Shown here in pieces: positions 10,890-20,292 of a stretch of DNA of 64,000 bases. The DNA is from an uncultured Acetatifactor sp. (lineage in GTDB: Bacteria; Bacillota; Clostridia; Lachnospirales; Lachnospiraceae): contig CAZGGA010000008.1 in the NCBI GenBank assembly GCA_964524555.1, positions 31,607-95,606 of the forward strand, read 5' to 3'. Both the position numbers and the translations under genes were made by a program. The notes beneath the pieces were generated by a model that saw only the letters and a list, made by a program, of their open reading frames with translations, was not told where the DNA came from and did not search any database. How positions within the stretch are numbered: position 1 is the first letter of the stretch; each line of letters begins with the position of its first letter.

Positions 10890-11258
10890 TCAGGGCTGTC
10901 TGCGGGTATAGATGTGTGGAAATGCATTGGGAATCCATTGTATTTCTTCACCTTCTATGGCCACCACATCATATCTCACCTTTGTCTCATCACTCAAATG
11001 ATGCAAAAAACGATAATAATCTGCAACCTTGCATATCTGCTGCTGTTTTCTGCTGCCCACAGCTTCTGCCGCACTTCCATAGGCTTTATTTTTTCTGTAT
11101 TTTACTTCCACAAACACAAGGTAATTCCCCTCATATCCTATGATATCAATTTCTCCTTGGCGCCCCCTGAAATTTCTCGCTACAATCCGCATTCCTTGCG
11201 CCGTCAAATACTCTGCCGCCATCTGTTCTTTGTCAGCGCCCAGACTTCTTTTGTTCAT
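10890..11258 (-). CDS. yraN: YraN-family (UPF0102) endonuclease-like protein
   Basis: 122 aa. AEYL..QG..I..RN.R...GEIDII...LVFVEVK pattern of UPF0102. Confidence 0.85.
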   Translation of the reverse strand: MNKRSLGADKEQMAAEYLTAQGMRIVARNFRGRQGEIDIIGYEGNYLVFVEVKYRKNKAYGSAAEAVGSRKQQQICKVADYYRFLHHLSDETKVRYDVVAIEGEEIQWIPNAFPHIYTRRQP

Positions 11259-11298
11259 GCATATTCCCCTTCACACGGTGTGAAATTCTCTCCACTTT

Positions 11299-11595
11299 TT
11301 ATTTAGACAGTTTTCCCTTAATTTTATCCATGGAATCAACAAATATCAAAATTTCCGCCACAACCTCATACAATTCCGGCGGTATCATCTCTCCAATTTC
11401 CAATTTGGACAAAGTATCCGCAAGCTTATCATCTCTGTGAATGGGAATATCGCTTTCCTTTGCCTTCTCTATCATCCGTTCCGCCACTAAGCCCCGCCCG
11501 CTGGCGATGACTTTAGGCGCATCTTCCTCAGGATTATACTCCAGAGCAATGGCCTGCTTGATTTTATTCTCTTTATTTTCCTTCTCTCCTGCCAT
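11299..11595 (-). CDS. FlhB C-terminal-subdomain-only protein (YlqH-like)
   Basis: 98 aa. ALEYNPEEDAPKVIASGRGLVAERMIEKAKESDIPIHRDDKLADTL...IPPELYEVVAEIL aligns to the part of FlhB/EscU that follows the autocleavage site. There is no TM domain and no NPTH motif. Confidence 0.75.
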   Translation of the reverse strand: MAGEKENKENKIKQAIALEYNPEEDAPKVIASGRGLVAERMIEKAKESDIPIHRDDKLADTLSKLEIGEMIPPELYEVVAEILIFVDSMDKIKGKLSK

Positions 11596-11654
11596 ATTCT
11601 GCTCCTTAAAATTGTCTGTTTTCTAAAAAATACTCACTTCCGAAAATGGACTTT

Positions 11655-13400
11655 TCACGCCCGCACATCAAAAGCATATTGTGAAAGTTTCATATTACCT
11701 GCCCGTGCAAGCAAACTTTGAATCACTCCGTTCGTCTGAGCAGCATCTTTTTCTCCATCCTCACTATTTCTTACCTGCATTTTACAATTACAGTCATAGC
11801 CCCTCTTTTTCAGGCGCTCCGTCAAAATATCCATATGCTCTTCCAAAAAATCCAGCATGGCGTCATCCTGAACATAGAACTGTGTATTGACGTTCTGACT
11901 CTGCATGGACACATACACATCCACAGGACCCAGATGATCCATATCCAGATGTAAAAGAGCGCTGACTGCACCATCTTTGGCGGCTAAATTTTTCTTGTTG
12001 GTATATACATACAATTCTCCATGGGCATTGCCCTGCTGTAGTTTCAAGGGCAGTTGGATATAAACGCATACCTGATTAATCTGCTGCATGAAGTCCAGAT
12101 TTCCACTCATGTTTGCAGATGCCTTATATGCTTCCGAGGAAGTCTGTCCCGCATTTTCCAATGCCTGCACCACACCTTTTATCTGCTTATCCAGCCGCTG
12201 ATACAACTCATCTACACGCTTGGAATCTGCCACGTCTTCCGGCTTTATGGTCCAAAGTCTCTGCAGATTACGGTTCACAATATTTTGTAAATTCTTATTT
12301 CCTAAAAGTTCCCGTAATAATTTCGTGTCGTGCTCCGCCATCCCTTTTTGCAGAAGCTGTCCGGTAAATGCAAGCAATTTTGAAGCATCCGCATTCTCCG
12401 GAAATTCCTGTCCTGTAAGGGCGGTAAGTTCCTTTGCCAGATTTTGAATCTGGGAGAGCTCCTCAGAAGAACTCTGGGAATGGATTCCCTGAGGGGATAT
12501 TTCCTCAGAAGGCATTTCTTCTAAAATCATTTCCTCGGAAGAAATTCCCTGAGGCAATAATTTTCCGGCATCCATAGTCACCGTTTCCTGCGCCGCGCTT
12601 TCCGGATTTGCGGCAGCAGCCTGCCCATCCTCATTTGCAGTCTGCAAGTTTGCAGTCTGCAAACCATCCTGCCCTTCCGGAAAAACTTCCAAAAGAGCCT
12701 CTGCAGGCAGTTCTGCCGCCATGGACAAAATCTCCTGATACAGTCCTGCTGCCCCCTCCACATTACCGGACTGTGCCATATTCTGCATCACATCAGGCAA
12801 AGCTTCCAGCACATCATTCATCCCATTCACCAGCTGGTGAGTGAGATTTTTATAGGATTCCAGCTGTTCTAAATTATTTGCTGTAACAGGCAGGGAAAGT
12901 TTGTGTAAATCTATAATATCTAAAATTTCCGCATCGGGAAAAGCCATTACTTCCCTAAATACCTGTTGCAGGGAATTTTTGTCAATGGGCAGTCCCGCTC
13001 CCATCATCTGCTTTGTCATTTCCACCGTAGTGTCATTCACTGGGAGAGATGCCATATCCAATGCTTTTAAGGTATTGGCATCCGTAGCCATATTGGCAAA
13101 CAATGGGCTTAAAACAAGGGCTTTGCCATTGTTCCGCACCTGAAAAGTCATGTTTTTTCCCACTTCGATATTGACACTCTGATCCAGCCTTGCGCTCATC
13201 AGAAAGTCTTCCAGAACCCTGATCTGCACATCATTGCCGCTCTTTGCTACTACCTCGCCCTGAATAGTCTGCCCCGGCACAAGAGAACGAATCTGACGGC
13301 TTATCTGAGCTGTCTTTGCAGGATCTGTCTGTGTCTGTGATACCGTCCTATCCGCATCAGCCGGCGGTCTATCGGTTTTAAAGAAATCCGTTAATCTCAT
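11655..13400 (-). CDS. FliK-like (flagellar hook-length control C-terminal domain) protein
   Basis: 581 aa, low-complexity Q/E/A-rich middle, C-terminal block GELYVYTNKK...ALLHLDMDHLGPVDVYV...NTQFYV resembling the Flg_hook domain. 4-nt overlap with the rnhB stop. Confidence 0.6.
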   Translation of the reverse strand: MRLTDFFKTDRPPADADRTVSQTQTDPAKTAQISRQIRSLVPGQTIQGEVVAKSGNDVQIRVLEDFLMSARLDQSVNIEVGKNMTFQVRNNGKALVLSPLFANMATDANTLKALDMASLPVNDTTVEMTKQMMGAGLPIDKNSLQQVFREVMAFPDAEILDIIDLHKLSLPVTANNLEQLESYKNLTHQLVNGMNDVLEALPDVMQNMAQSGNVEGAAGLYQEILSMAAELPAEALLEVFPEGQDGLQTANLQTANEDGQAAAANPESAAQETVTMDAGKLLPQGISSEEMILEEMPSEEISPQGIHSQSSSEELSQIQNLAKELTALTGQEFPENADASKLLAFTGQLLQKGMAEHDTKLLRELLGNKNLQNIVNRNLQRLWTIKPEDVADSKRVDELYQRLDKQIKGVVQALENAGQTSSEAYKASANMSGNLDFMQQINQVCVYIQLPLKLQQGNAHGELYVYTNKKNLAAKDGAVSALLHLDMDHLGPVDVYVSMQSQNVNTQFYVQDDAMLDFLEEHMDILTERLKKRGYDCNCKMQVRNSEDGEKDAAQTNGVIQSLLARAGNMKLSQYAFDVRA

Positions 13401-14188
13401 TTTGGCTCCTCTACAAAATTTTTGATAAAACTCCTCCTGTGAATAGGCGTGGGGCCATATTTTTTCAACGCTTCAATATGTGCGGCGCTGCCATAGCCTT
13501 TATTTCCTGCAAAATCATACCCCGGATATTCTTTGTCATATTCAACCATCATCCTGTCTCTGGTCACCTTTGCATAAATGCTGGCCGCCCCTATGGAAAT
13601 GCTCTTGGCATCCCCCTTGATAATCGGTACCTGTCTGATATCCACTCCCGGTATGGTCACTGCATCGTTTAACAAAATATCGGGCTTCACTGAAAGCTGC
13701 CCGATTGCCTCCCGCATAGCTTCATAAGTAGCCTGAAGAATATTAATTTCGTCAATCCGCTTGGGAGATGCATAGCCCACCGCACATGCCACTGCCTTTT
13801 CCTCTATCTCTAAAAAAAGCGCCTCTCTCATTTTTTCGGAGAGCTGCTTGGAATCATTAATATATAAAATATCACAATCTTTGGGCAGAATCACCGCCCC
13901 TGCCACCACAGGACCTGCCAGAGGACCTCTGCCCACTTCGTCAATGCCGCAGATAAATTGACAATCCCCATATTGTTTCTCGTACAGTTTAAGCGCCTCT
14001 ATCCGCTTTTTTTCCCTCTCCAACGCATCCTGTCTTTTCTGTGCCAAAAGCACTAATTTTTTGACGCCTTCCCTGTCATCCCCCTCATAGCACTGTATGA
14101 ACTGTAACAGTTCGTCCCTGCGAACCTCCTGAAGTTCTTCCTTTATCTCTTTCAGTGTCTTCATCTGTTTTTCGCCCCTGTTTTTCAT
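13397..14188 (-). CDS. rnhB: Ribonuclease HII
   Basis: GIDEVGRGPLAGPVV catalytic motif and the expected length. The start may instead be MKTLKE at 14164. Confidence 0.9.
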   Translation of the reverse strand: MKNRGEKQMKTLKEIKEELQEVRRDELLQFIQCYEGDDREGVKKLVLLAQKRQDALEREKKRIEALKLYEKQYGDCQFICGIDEVGRGPLAGPVVAGAVILPKDCDILYINDSKQLSEKMREALFLEIEEKAVACAVGYASPKRIDEINILQATYEAMREAIGQLSVKPDILLNDAVTIPGVDIRQVPIIKGDAKSISIGAASIYAKVTRDRMMVEYDKEYPGYDFAGNKGYGSAAHIEALKKYGPTPIHRRSFIKNFVEEPK

Positions 14189-14219
14189 ACATTTTCATTT
14201 TACTCTTCTCACACTAATG

Positions 14220-14759
14220 TCACAATATCCCGAATTTTGAAAAAGGCCAGATGCGTATCCACGCTCTTCCTACAATATCTTCCCTGCGGACATTTCCTAT
14301 TATTTCCCTACGGCTGTCGCTGCTGTTATTGCGGTTGTCACCCATCACAAAATATTCGTCCTCCCCAAGGGTTATGGGCTCTGCCGCAAGACCGACATTC
14401 TCCGCTTTAATAATTTCCCGTCCATAACTTTCCTCAAGGACCTCTCCGTTTATATAAATCTTGCCGTCCTCATCAATCTGCAGGGTTTCTCCCGGCATCC
14501 CGATAATTCTTTTGATATAATAGGTATTTTCCTGATATTTAAAAGGAAATACTATAATGTCATACCGCTTGGGATTACTAAATTTATAGGTCAGTTTATC
14601 CATGATCAACTGATCTCCCTCTGACAGAGTTGTCTCCATGGAGCTTTGCTGCACCTGTGTCCTCTGACCCACAAAGGTGATTATCAGATATGTGAGCAAA
14701 AGTACCACCAAAAAATAGAGACCTGTATTAAACAATTCCTTCATTACCTTACTTTTCAT
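14220..14759 (-). CDS. lepB: Signal peptidase I (copy 1 of a tandem pair)
   Basis: N-terminal TM, SM(E)TT catalytic-Ser box, KRIIGMPGE Lys box, GDNRNNSSDSR box. The ATG at 14759 has GGAGG 5 nt upstream. Confidence 0.85.
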   Translation of the reverse strand: MKSKVMKELFNTGLYFLVVLLLTYLIITFVGQRTQVQQSSMETTLSEGDQLIMDKLTYKFSNPKRYDIIVFPFKYQENTYYIKRIIGMPGETLQIDEDGKIYINGEVLEESYGREIIKAENVGLAAEPITLGEDEYFVMGDNRNNSSDSRREIIGNVRREDIVGRAWIRIWPFSKFGIL

Positions 14760-14803
14760 ACTAACCTCCACGCTGCCTCCTCAAAAAGGGATGTTTACAC
14801 ACC

Positions 14804-15349
14804 CTATTGATGTTCCAATATTCCAAACTTTGAAAAAGGCCAGATACGAAGCCATGCTCTTCCCACAATATCCTTCCTGTGGATATTGCCGATGATTTCC
14901 ATACGGCTGTCACTGCTGTTATTGCGGTTGTCACCCATCACAAAATATTCATCCTCCCCAAGGGTTATGGGGGTTGCTGCAATCCCTATATTCTCAGCTT
15001 TGATGATTTCCCGTCCATAGCTTTCCGTAAGAACCTCTCCGTTTATATAAATCCTGCCGTCTTCATCAATCTGCAGGGTTTCTCCCGGCATCCCGATAAT
15101 TCTTTTGATATAATAAGTATTTTCTTTATACTGAAAAGGAAATACTATAATATCATATCGCTTGGGGGCACTAAATTTATAGGTCAGTTTATCCACAATC
15201 AGATTATCTCCGTTGGAAAGAGTCGCCTCCATGGATTCCCCCTCCACTTCCGTCCTCTGACCCACAAAGGTGATTACCAGATATGTGAGCAAAAGTACCA
15301 CCAAAAGATAGAGACCTGTGTTAAACAATTCCTTCATTACCTTATTCAT
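14804..15349 (-). CDS. lepB: Signal peptidase I (copy 2 of a tandem pair)
   Basis: Same boxes as copy 1. By eye about 85 percent identical to copy 1 in both protein and DNA, offset by 584 bp. Confidence 0.85.
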   Translation of the reverse strand: MNKVMKELFNTGLYLLVVLLLTYLVITFVGQRTEVEGESMEATLSNGDNLIVDKLTYKFSAPKRYDIIVFPFQYKENTYYIKRIIGMPGETLQIDEDGRIYINGEVLTESYGREIIKAENIGIAATPITLGEDEYFVMGDNRNNSSDSRMEIIGNIHRKDIVGRAWLRIWPFSKFGILEHQ

Positions 15350-15356
15350 GATGCTG

Positions 15357-16214
15357 TTACGCCTCCCGTACTTTTTCAGGCAATTCCAATGTAATACGCC
15401 CTAATCTGCCGCTTCTGAAATCATCCAAAAAAATGGATGCGGCTCTCTCTAAGTCAAGCTGTTCGTTCTTTCGGTAACATTTACGGCTCTCGGCAATTAG
15501 GGACAGAATCTCCGCCTCTTTTCCTGCCGTTTCTATTTCATAACGCTCTGCAACCGCTTTCGGATACTGCTCTTTCAGCGCGCCGATAAGGTCACAGGCA
15601 AGCTCCTCCGCTATCATAATTTCATCGTTCATGGAGCCGATAAAAGCAAGCCTCATTCCCACCTGCTGATCCTCAAATTTTGGCCAGAGAATTCCCGGTG
15701 TATCCAAAAGCTCCAAGTTCTTATTCAGCCGAATCCACTGTTTCCCCTTGGTGACTCCAGGTTTGTTGCCGGTCTTGGCGCACGCTTTCCCGGCAAAAGA
15801 ATTGATGAATGTGGATTTGCCTACATTGGGGATTCCTGCTACCATGGCACGCACCGGACGATTCACAATTCCCCGCTTTTTGTCCCTCTCAATCTTTTCC
15901 TTGCAGGCTTCCTGAACCAGCATCTGCACGTTTTTAACGCCCTTTCCTGATTTAGAATTCAATTCCTGCACATGGGCGCCCTGCTTTTCAAAATAGTCCG
16001 TCCACTGCTGACTGACCTTGGGGTCTGCAAGATCCGCCTTGTTCAGTAAGACAATTCTGCTCTTATTTCTCCCCATTTCATCGATATCGGGATTGCGGCT
16101 GCTCATGGGAATCCTTGCATCCACAAGCTCAATAATCAAATCCACCAATTTTATATTCTCCTGCATCATACGTTTTGCTTTTGTCATATGACCGGGATAC
16201 CATTGATAATTCAT
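15357..16214 (-). CDS. rbgA: Ribosome biogenesis GTPase A (YlqF/RbgA)
   Basis: Circularly permuted GTPase (NKADL ... GIPNVGKST). The start MNYQWYPGHM at 16214 forms an ATGA overlap with the upstream lepB stop. Confidence 0.9.
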   Translation of the reverse strand: MNYQWYPGHMTKAKRMMQENIKLVDLIIELVDARIPMSSRNPDIDEMGRNKSRIVLLNKADLADPKVSQQWTDYFEKQGAHVQELNSKSGKGVKNVQMLVQEACKEKIERDKKRGIVNRPVRAMVAGIPNVGKSTFINSFAGKACAKTGNKPGVTKGKQWIRLNKNLELLDTPGILWPKFEDQQVGMRLAFIGSMNDEIMIAEELACDLIGALKEQYPKAVAERYEIETAGKEAEILSLIAESRKCYRKNEQLDLERAASIFLDDFRSGRLGRITLELPEKVREA

Positions 16215-16807
16215 TTCACAAAACCGATTCCATTCTTTTCTGTACCAAGATGGAACCATACCTTTCCGATAATGTTGTCTTTCCTGACGGGACCGATATT
16301 TGCCGAACGGCTGTCCTCACTGTTATTGGGATTATCCCCCATGCAAAAATACTCCTCGCTCTGCAGAGTAAACTCTTCGCCCGCAATTCCTGCATCCAGA
16401 ATTTTTTCCGTGGTCCACTTGCTTTCCTGTCCGTTTACATACAAAACGCCCTCCGACACCAAAACCTTGTCGCCGGGTACCGCCAAAACTCTCTTGGTAT
16501 GATAATGAGAATTTTCATTGCCGTTTGGCAGAAAAATAACCACATCCCCACTCCTTGGAGGCGAAATCACATAGATAAAACGGTCTACAAATATCTTCTC
16601 TCCATTGTATAGAGCAGGTTCCATGGAAACACCCACCACATTCGTAGTCATTCCAAAAAAATAGGTGATTACCCCTGCAAGAAAGACAGCCAGAAAAACA
16701 CAAAAAAACCAACTGAACACTTCCTTGACAATGGCAATATTTATCTTCTTTCTCCTTTTGTAAAAACTAAGTCCGTTGTGACGTGCCATACTCATTCCTT
16801 TGTACAT
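16211..16807 (-). CDS. lepB: Signal peptidase I (third, divergent copy)
   Basis: TM anchor, VSMEPAL Ser box, KRVLAVPGD Lys box, GDNPNNSEDSR box. Confidence 0.8.
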   Translation of the reverse strand: MYKGMSMARHNGLSFYKRRKKINIAIVKEVFSWFFCVFLAVFLAGVITYFFGMTTNVVGVSMEPALYNGEKIFVDRFIYVISPPRSGDVVIFLPNGNENSHYHTKRVLAVPGDKVLVSEGVLYVNGQESKWTTEKILDAGIAGEEFTLQSEEYFCMGDNPNNSEDSRSANIGPVRKDNIIGKVWFHLGTEKNGIGFVK

Positions 16808-16903
16808 AAAAGATTTAACACAATTATACCATATTTCTCACAAATAGAAAAGGGCAATTATCACGGTAGTCCTTACCGGAAATTGCCCTTCCTGATGTTT
16901 GCA

Positions 16904-17251
16904 TTATTTTACGATTTCTTTGACCTTTGCCTTCTTACCAACACGGCTTCTTAAATAGTTCAGCTTAGCGCGCCTTACTTTACCGCGTCTCACCACTTCG
17001 ATTTTCTCTACATTGGGAGAATGCAGGGGCCATGTTTTCTCAACGCCCACACCGTTTGAAATCTTGCGGACAGTAAAGGTCTCGCGGTTGCTTCCGCCCT
17101 GTCTCTTTAAGACAATACCTTCAAATACCTGTACTCTCTCTCTGTTTCCCTCTTTGATTTTACCGTAAACCTTTACGGTATCGCCAACAGAAAAGGTATC
17201 CACTGTTTCCTTCATCTGTTCGGCTTCGATTTCTCTGATAATATCACTCAT
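16904..17251 (-). CDS. rplS: 50S ribosomal protein L19
   Basis: 115 aa, textbook L19 sequence (FSVGDTVKV...[11 protein letters not shown]). Confidence 0.95.
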   Translation of the reverse strand: MSDIIREIEAEQMKETVDTFSVGDTVKVYGKIKEGNRERVQVFEGIVLKRQGGSNRETFTVRKISNGVGVEKTWPLHSPNVEKIEVVRRGKVRRAKLNYLRSRVGKKAKVKEIVK

Positions 17252-17380
17252 GACGAGCCTCCTTCATAAAATGGATGTTCTTAATACACTTGTGTAACAG
17301 AGGACCATCTCGTTTTCGCAACATGAAAAGTCTACCACATTAAGCACATAATTGCAAGAACTTTTTTTGCAGCAGCAATG

Positions 17381-19189
17381 TCAAATCAATATTGTCAGGT
17401 TGTTCATTCCAAAAGTGCGTTGGAATCTCACCTCCTTTGCCTGCTTGATAATCATTTCTATTCCAAGGCTGTCATCCATAAGCACTTCCCCGTTCCTCAT
17501 TGCCTCTGCCTTTCTTCTTTGGTAATAGTCAATGGGATCAAATAAGTTTCCTGCACATCTCATATAAAGAATTATTTTCTCCTCTGTCATCATAATGCGG
17601 ACATCCGCATATTGATTGCTCATATCCTCAAGACAATGCCCAAATATAATCAAAAGCATTTCCTCCACAGCAAGACTCATGGTCATCATAACCTTGGAAG
17701 ACATCCCCTTTTTCTTACAGAAATCGAAAATTTTTGCGGAAGCTTTTGCCGCTTCCGAAGCCGTATTTTTCACGGAAAATGCTAGGTATTTATCATCCTC
17801 CTCACAGCGCCTGTCCAATAAGAGCATACCCTGCAAATAGGGATTTGTACAGCACTTTTTCTTTGCAGTACCCCACATGATAAGCAAGGTTACAAACTCG
17901 GCAATGGCAAAAGAAAGCCATAATAACTGCGGAACTTTGCAATGGGAAAAGGCCCATGCTATAGGTACAACAATGGCAAATCCCCTTAAAAAAGTATACC
18001 AATTTGCCATGGCAATTTTTTCTGTGGTGAAATAGTAAAAAATATAAATATGGTTCAGCAATCCCGGTAAAATGCTGAAAGAAAACAGAATCACTGCCAA
18101 GTCTGCAGAAGGAAGTTTTTCAACGCCCAGAACTGTCCCGATTTGTCTGGCAAAAAAGCAGAGAAACACCATAATCACAAGAATTCCTTTGATTCCTTTG
18201 TCCATGGCTTCCCTCATCACAGTCTTAATGCTGAAATTATCCATCTCCCCATAAAAAACGCCAATGAGCGGCGTAACCGTCTGTGCAATTCCCGATATCA
18301 CTGCGCCGGAAAAATTGTTCACTAGTCCAATCACGGCAAACACTGTAAGCCCCTCCTCAGACAGCCCACGGAGAATAATATAATTCAGAGCAATGCTTTT
18401 AAAAATATTGCACAGATTATTCAGCGCCATGGAACTTCCCGTCATGATTGTCTCTATCGTACTTATCCACACATCTTCCATTTTTCCAAGGATCACCTCC
18501 GACTCACCACAAAATAAGACTAAAATTCCATAGACATCCCCAATCAAGGTACTTAACACATAAGCCAGAGCAATGCCCTTTATTCCCATATTCCATCTTC
18601 CCTGAAAAAGTGCGCATAGCATCAAATCTGCCATTAACATTACAAGAAACATATTAGTCCCCTGTCTGGGGCGTCCATCTGTTTTTAAAAATTGAAAGGG
18701 ATAATACATAAACGAAAATGCCGTGCCTCCCCACAACAAAATTCTCCCGTACTCCCACACATAAGGCTCTAAACGCCCTGTTGCCCCCAGAGCCTTTACC
18801 AGCATGGGAAAACAGAGAATACCTGCTATTGTAAGCAGAGCCGAAAACGTAAGGGTCAGCACAAGTGCAAGACTGACATAGGAATTTGCCCTGTTAATAT
18901 TACTTTTCCCGATACAGACAGAAGCATTGGATGCGGCGCCCACATTGATAAGGGCTCCCAATGTAGCAAATGCCAAGTATATGGGATTTGCCATATTTAA
19001 AGCTGCCAATGCATCCGCTCCAATATAATTTCCCACAATCATGCTATTTGCTGCTATAACCGTCGTAGTTCCCACAAGTGCTGCAACGGAAGGCAGTATA
19101 TACTTTTTAACTGTTGCTTTGATAAAGGAATCATTGGCTGCAAAGCTTTCGGAACGTTCTATATTTTGTGTATTTTCTTTCATACTCAT
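17381..19189 (-). CDS. MATE-family efflux transporter fused to a C-terminal SpoIIAB/RsbW-like (GHKL) domain that appears degenerate
   Basis: 602 aa. The first ~450 aa are 12-TM MATE-like. The last ~150 aa align by eye to anti-sigma serine kinases (SLAVEEMLLIIFGH, VRIMMTEEKIILYMRCAGNLFDP, DSLGIEMIIKQAKEVRF), but the N-box Asn and G1-box Asp positions are substituted. Confidence 0.7.
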   Translation of the reverse strand: MSMKENTQNIERSESFAANDSFIKATVKKYILPSVAALVGTTTVIAANSMIVGNYIGADALAALNMANPIYLAFATLGALINVGAASNASVCIGKSNINRANSYVSLALVLTLTFSALLTIAGILCFPMLVKALGATGRLEPYVWEYGRILLWGGTAFSFMYYPFQFLKTDGRPRQGTNMFLVMLMADLMLCALFQGRWNMGIKGIALAYVLSTLIGDVYGILVLFCGESEVILGKMEDVWISTIETIMTGSSMALNNLCNIFKSIALNYIILRGLSEEGLTVFAVIGLVNNFSGAVISGIAQTVTPLIGVFYGEMDNFSIKTVMREAMDKGIKGILVIMVFLCFFARQIGTVLGVEKLPSADLAVILFSFSILPGLLNHIYIFYYFTTEKIAMANWYTFLRGFAIVVPIAWAFSHCKVPQLLWLSFAIAEFVTLLIMWGTAKKKCCTNPYLQGMLLLDRRCEEDDKYLAFSVKNTASEAAKASAKIFDFCKKKGMSSKVMMTMSLAVEEMLLIIFGHCLEDMSNQYADVRIMMTEEKIILYMRCAGNLFDPIDYYQRRKAEAMRNGEVLMDDSLGIEMIIKQAKEVRFQRTFGMNNLTILI

Positions 19190-19409
19190 TTGTTCCTTCC
19201 CCCGATGCTTGTATCTTAATTATGGAATATTATAATCTATCAAAATACAATGCGGAACTAGTCATTCATCCGTACAAATGACCAACGACCAACGGAACAT
19301 TTAAGCCCCTGCTATGAGGTAAAATTCCACATAACAGGGGCTTAATAATACAACAAAAATTAATGGGTGTCATTGAAGAAAATTCAATATCACATTTTAT
19401 ATTAGTCTT

Positions 19410-20054
19410 CTATTTATGATTAGCTTCCAATCTATGCTGCGCTTTGTGAATTACTAAATTGACTGAAATACCAAGTGCAGCATAAACAATCCAGAATAAG
19501 GCATACATTATCATGGGACGGCTTAAAACCGGATATGGCGCCGGTCCCTTCCCTCCGCTTAATACATTATAGGCAAGCGATAAAGGGATAAAAGTAAGCA
19601 TCCATGTATTTATGCGCCAAAACATCATTCTTGCTCTGTTTTTTGTTTTCTGATTGGACATCGTCATCCCCGTTCCATATACCACACAGCCTGCTGCCAT
19701 AAAAAACAACCCTAAAGCTGTTGCATCTGCTGTCTGTTTCTCATACCATATCGTGACAGCGATAATCAATCCTATAAAATTCCATGCCGTTCCCATAATA
19801 GCAAAAATAGCCGCATCAGGCTTTTCTTTTACCACTGCTGCTTGGTCAGCCACAGGCTCTATACCTTTTAACAGGTAATCTGTGGTGACTCCAAAATAAT
19901 CGCTTAAAAGAATGATTTTTTCTATTTCCGGTAAACTTTGTCCGCTCTCCCACTTGGAAATTGCCTGTCTCGAAACCCCTATTTGGTCTGCCAATTCCTC
20001 CTGAGACATCCCTTTTGATTTTCGTATGTTGGATATTCTATCTGCCGTATTCAT
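19410..20054 (-). CDS. XRE-family HTH regulator fused to a 4-TM membrane domain
   Basis: N-terminal [29 protein letters not shown] helix-turn-helix, followed by four hydrophobic segments. Confidence 0.75.
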   Translation of the reverse strand: MNTADRISNIRKSKGMSQEELADQIGVSRQAISKWESGQSLPEIEKIILLSDYFGVTTDYLLKGIEPVADQAAVVKEKPDAAIFAIMGTAWNFIGLIIAVTIWYEKQTADATALGLFFMAAGCVVYGTGMTMSNQKTKNRARMMFWRINTWMLTFIPLSLAYNVLSGGKGPAPYPVLSRPMIMYALFWIVYAALGISVNLVIHKAQHRLEANHK

Positions 20055-20103
20055 AATGACCCTCCTATCATTGATATTGATGATATTATTATAGCAAAAT
20101 AAA

Positions 20104-20152
20104 TGGTTGCCAAACCACCATCTGACGCTATCTTTTTGTCAACCAAAGGTTG
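20104..20152. promoter_or_regulatory. Two short palindromes sharing GGTTG/CAACC half-sites, 50-100 nt upstream of the XRE-membrane regulator (candidate operators)
   Basis: TGGTT-gcca-AACCA at 20104..20117 and CAACC-aaa-GGTTG at 20140..20152. Confidence 0.25.
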
Positions 20153-20292
20153 CATTGGCGCCATTAGCCCCAAAATATGTATCTGATAAGTGGAAATCAA
20201 CTTGTACCATCATGCAAATTAATCAGGCTGGATACTCCAAATGAGTTTCCAGCCTGTCAATTATCATAAATGTCATTTTTTAACGGCGCTGT

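Noticed and set aside
17252-17380. A possible L19 (rplS) leader RNA upstream of rplS.
   Set aside because: I could not find a convincing conserved hairpin by eye and cannot run the covariance model. Left uncalled.
19303-19343. Hairpin AAGCCCCTG...CAGGGGCTT between the XRE-membrane gene and the MATE gene, as an intrinsic terminator.
   Set aside because: The stem is good, but there is no U-tract on either strand. It may still pause or terminate transcription, but I cannot support the call.
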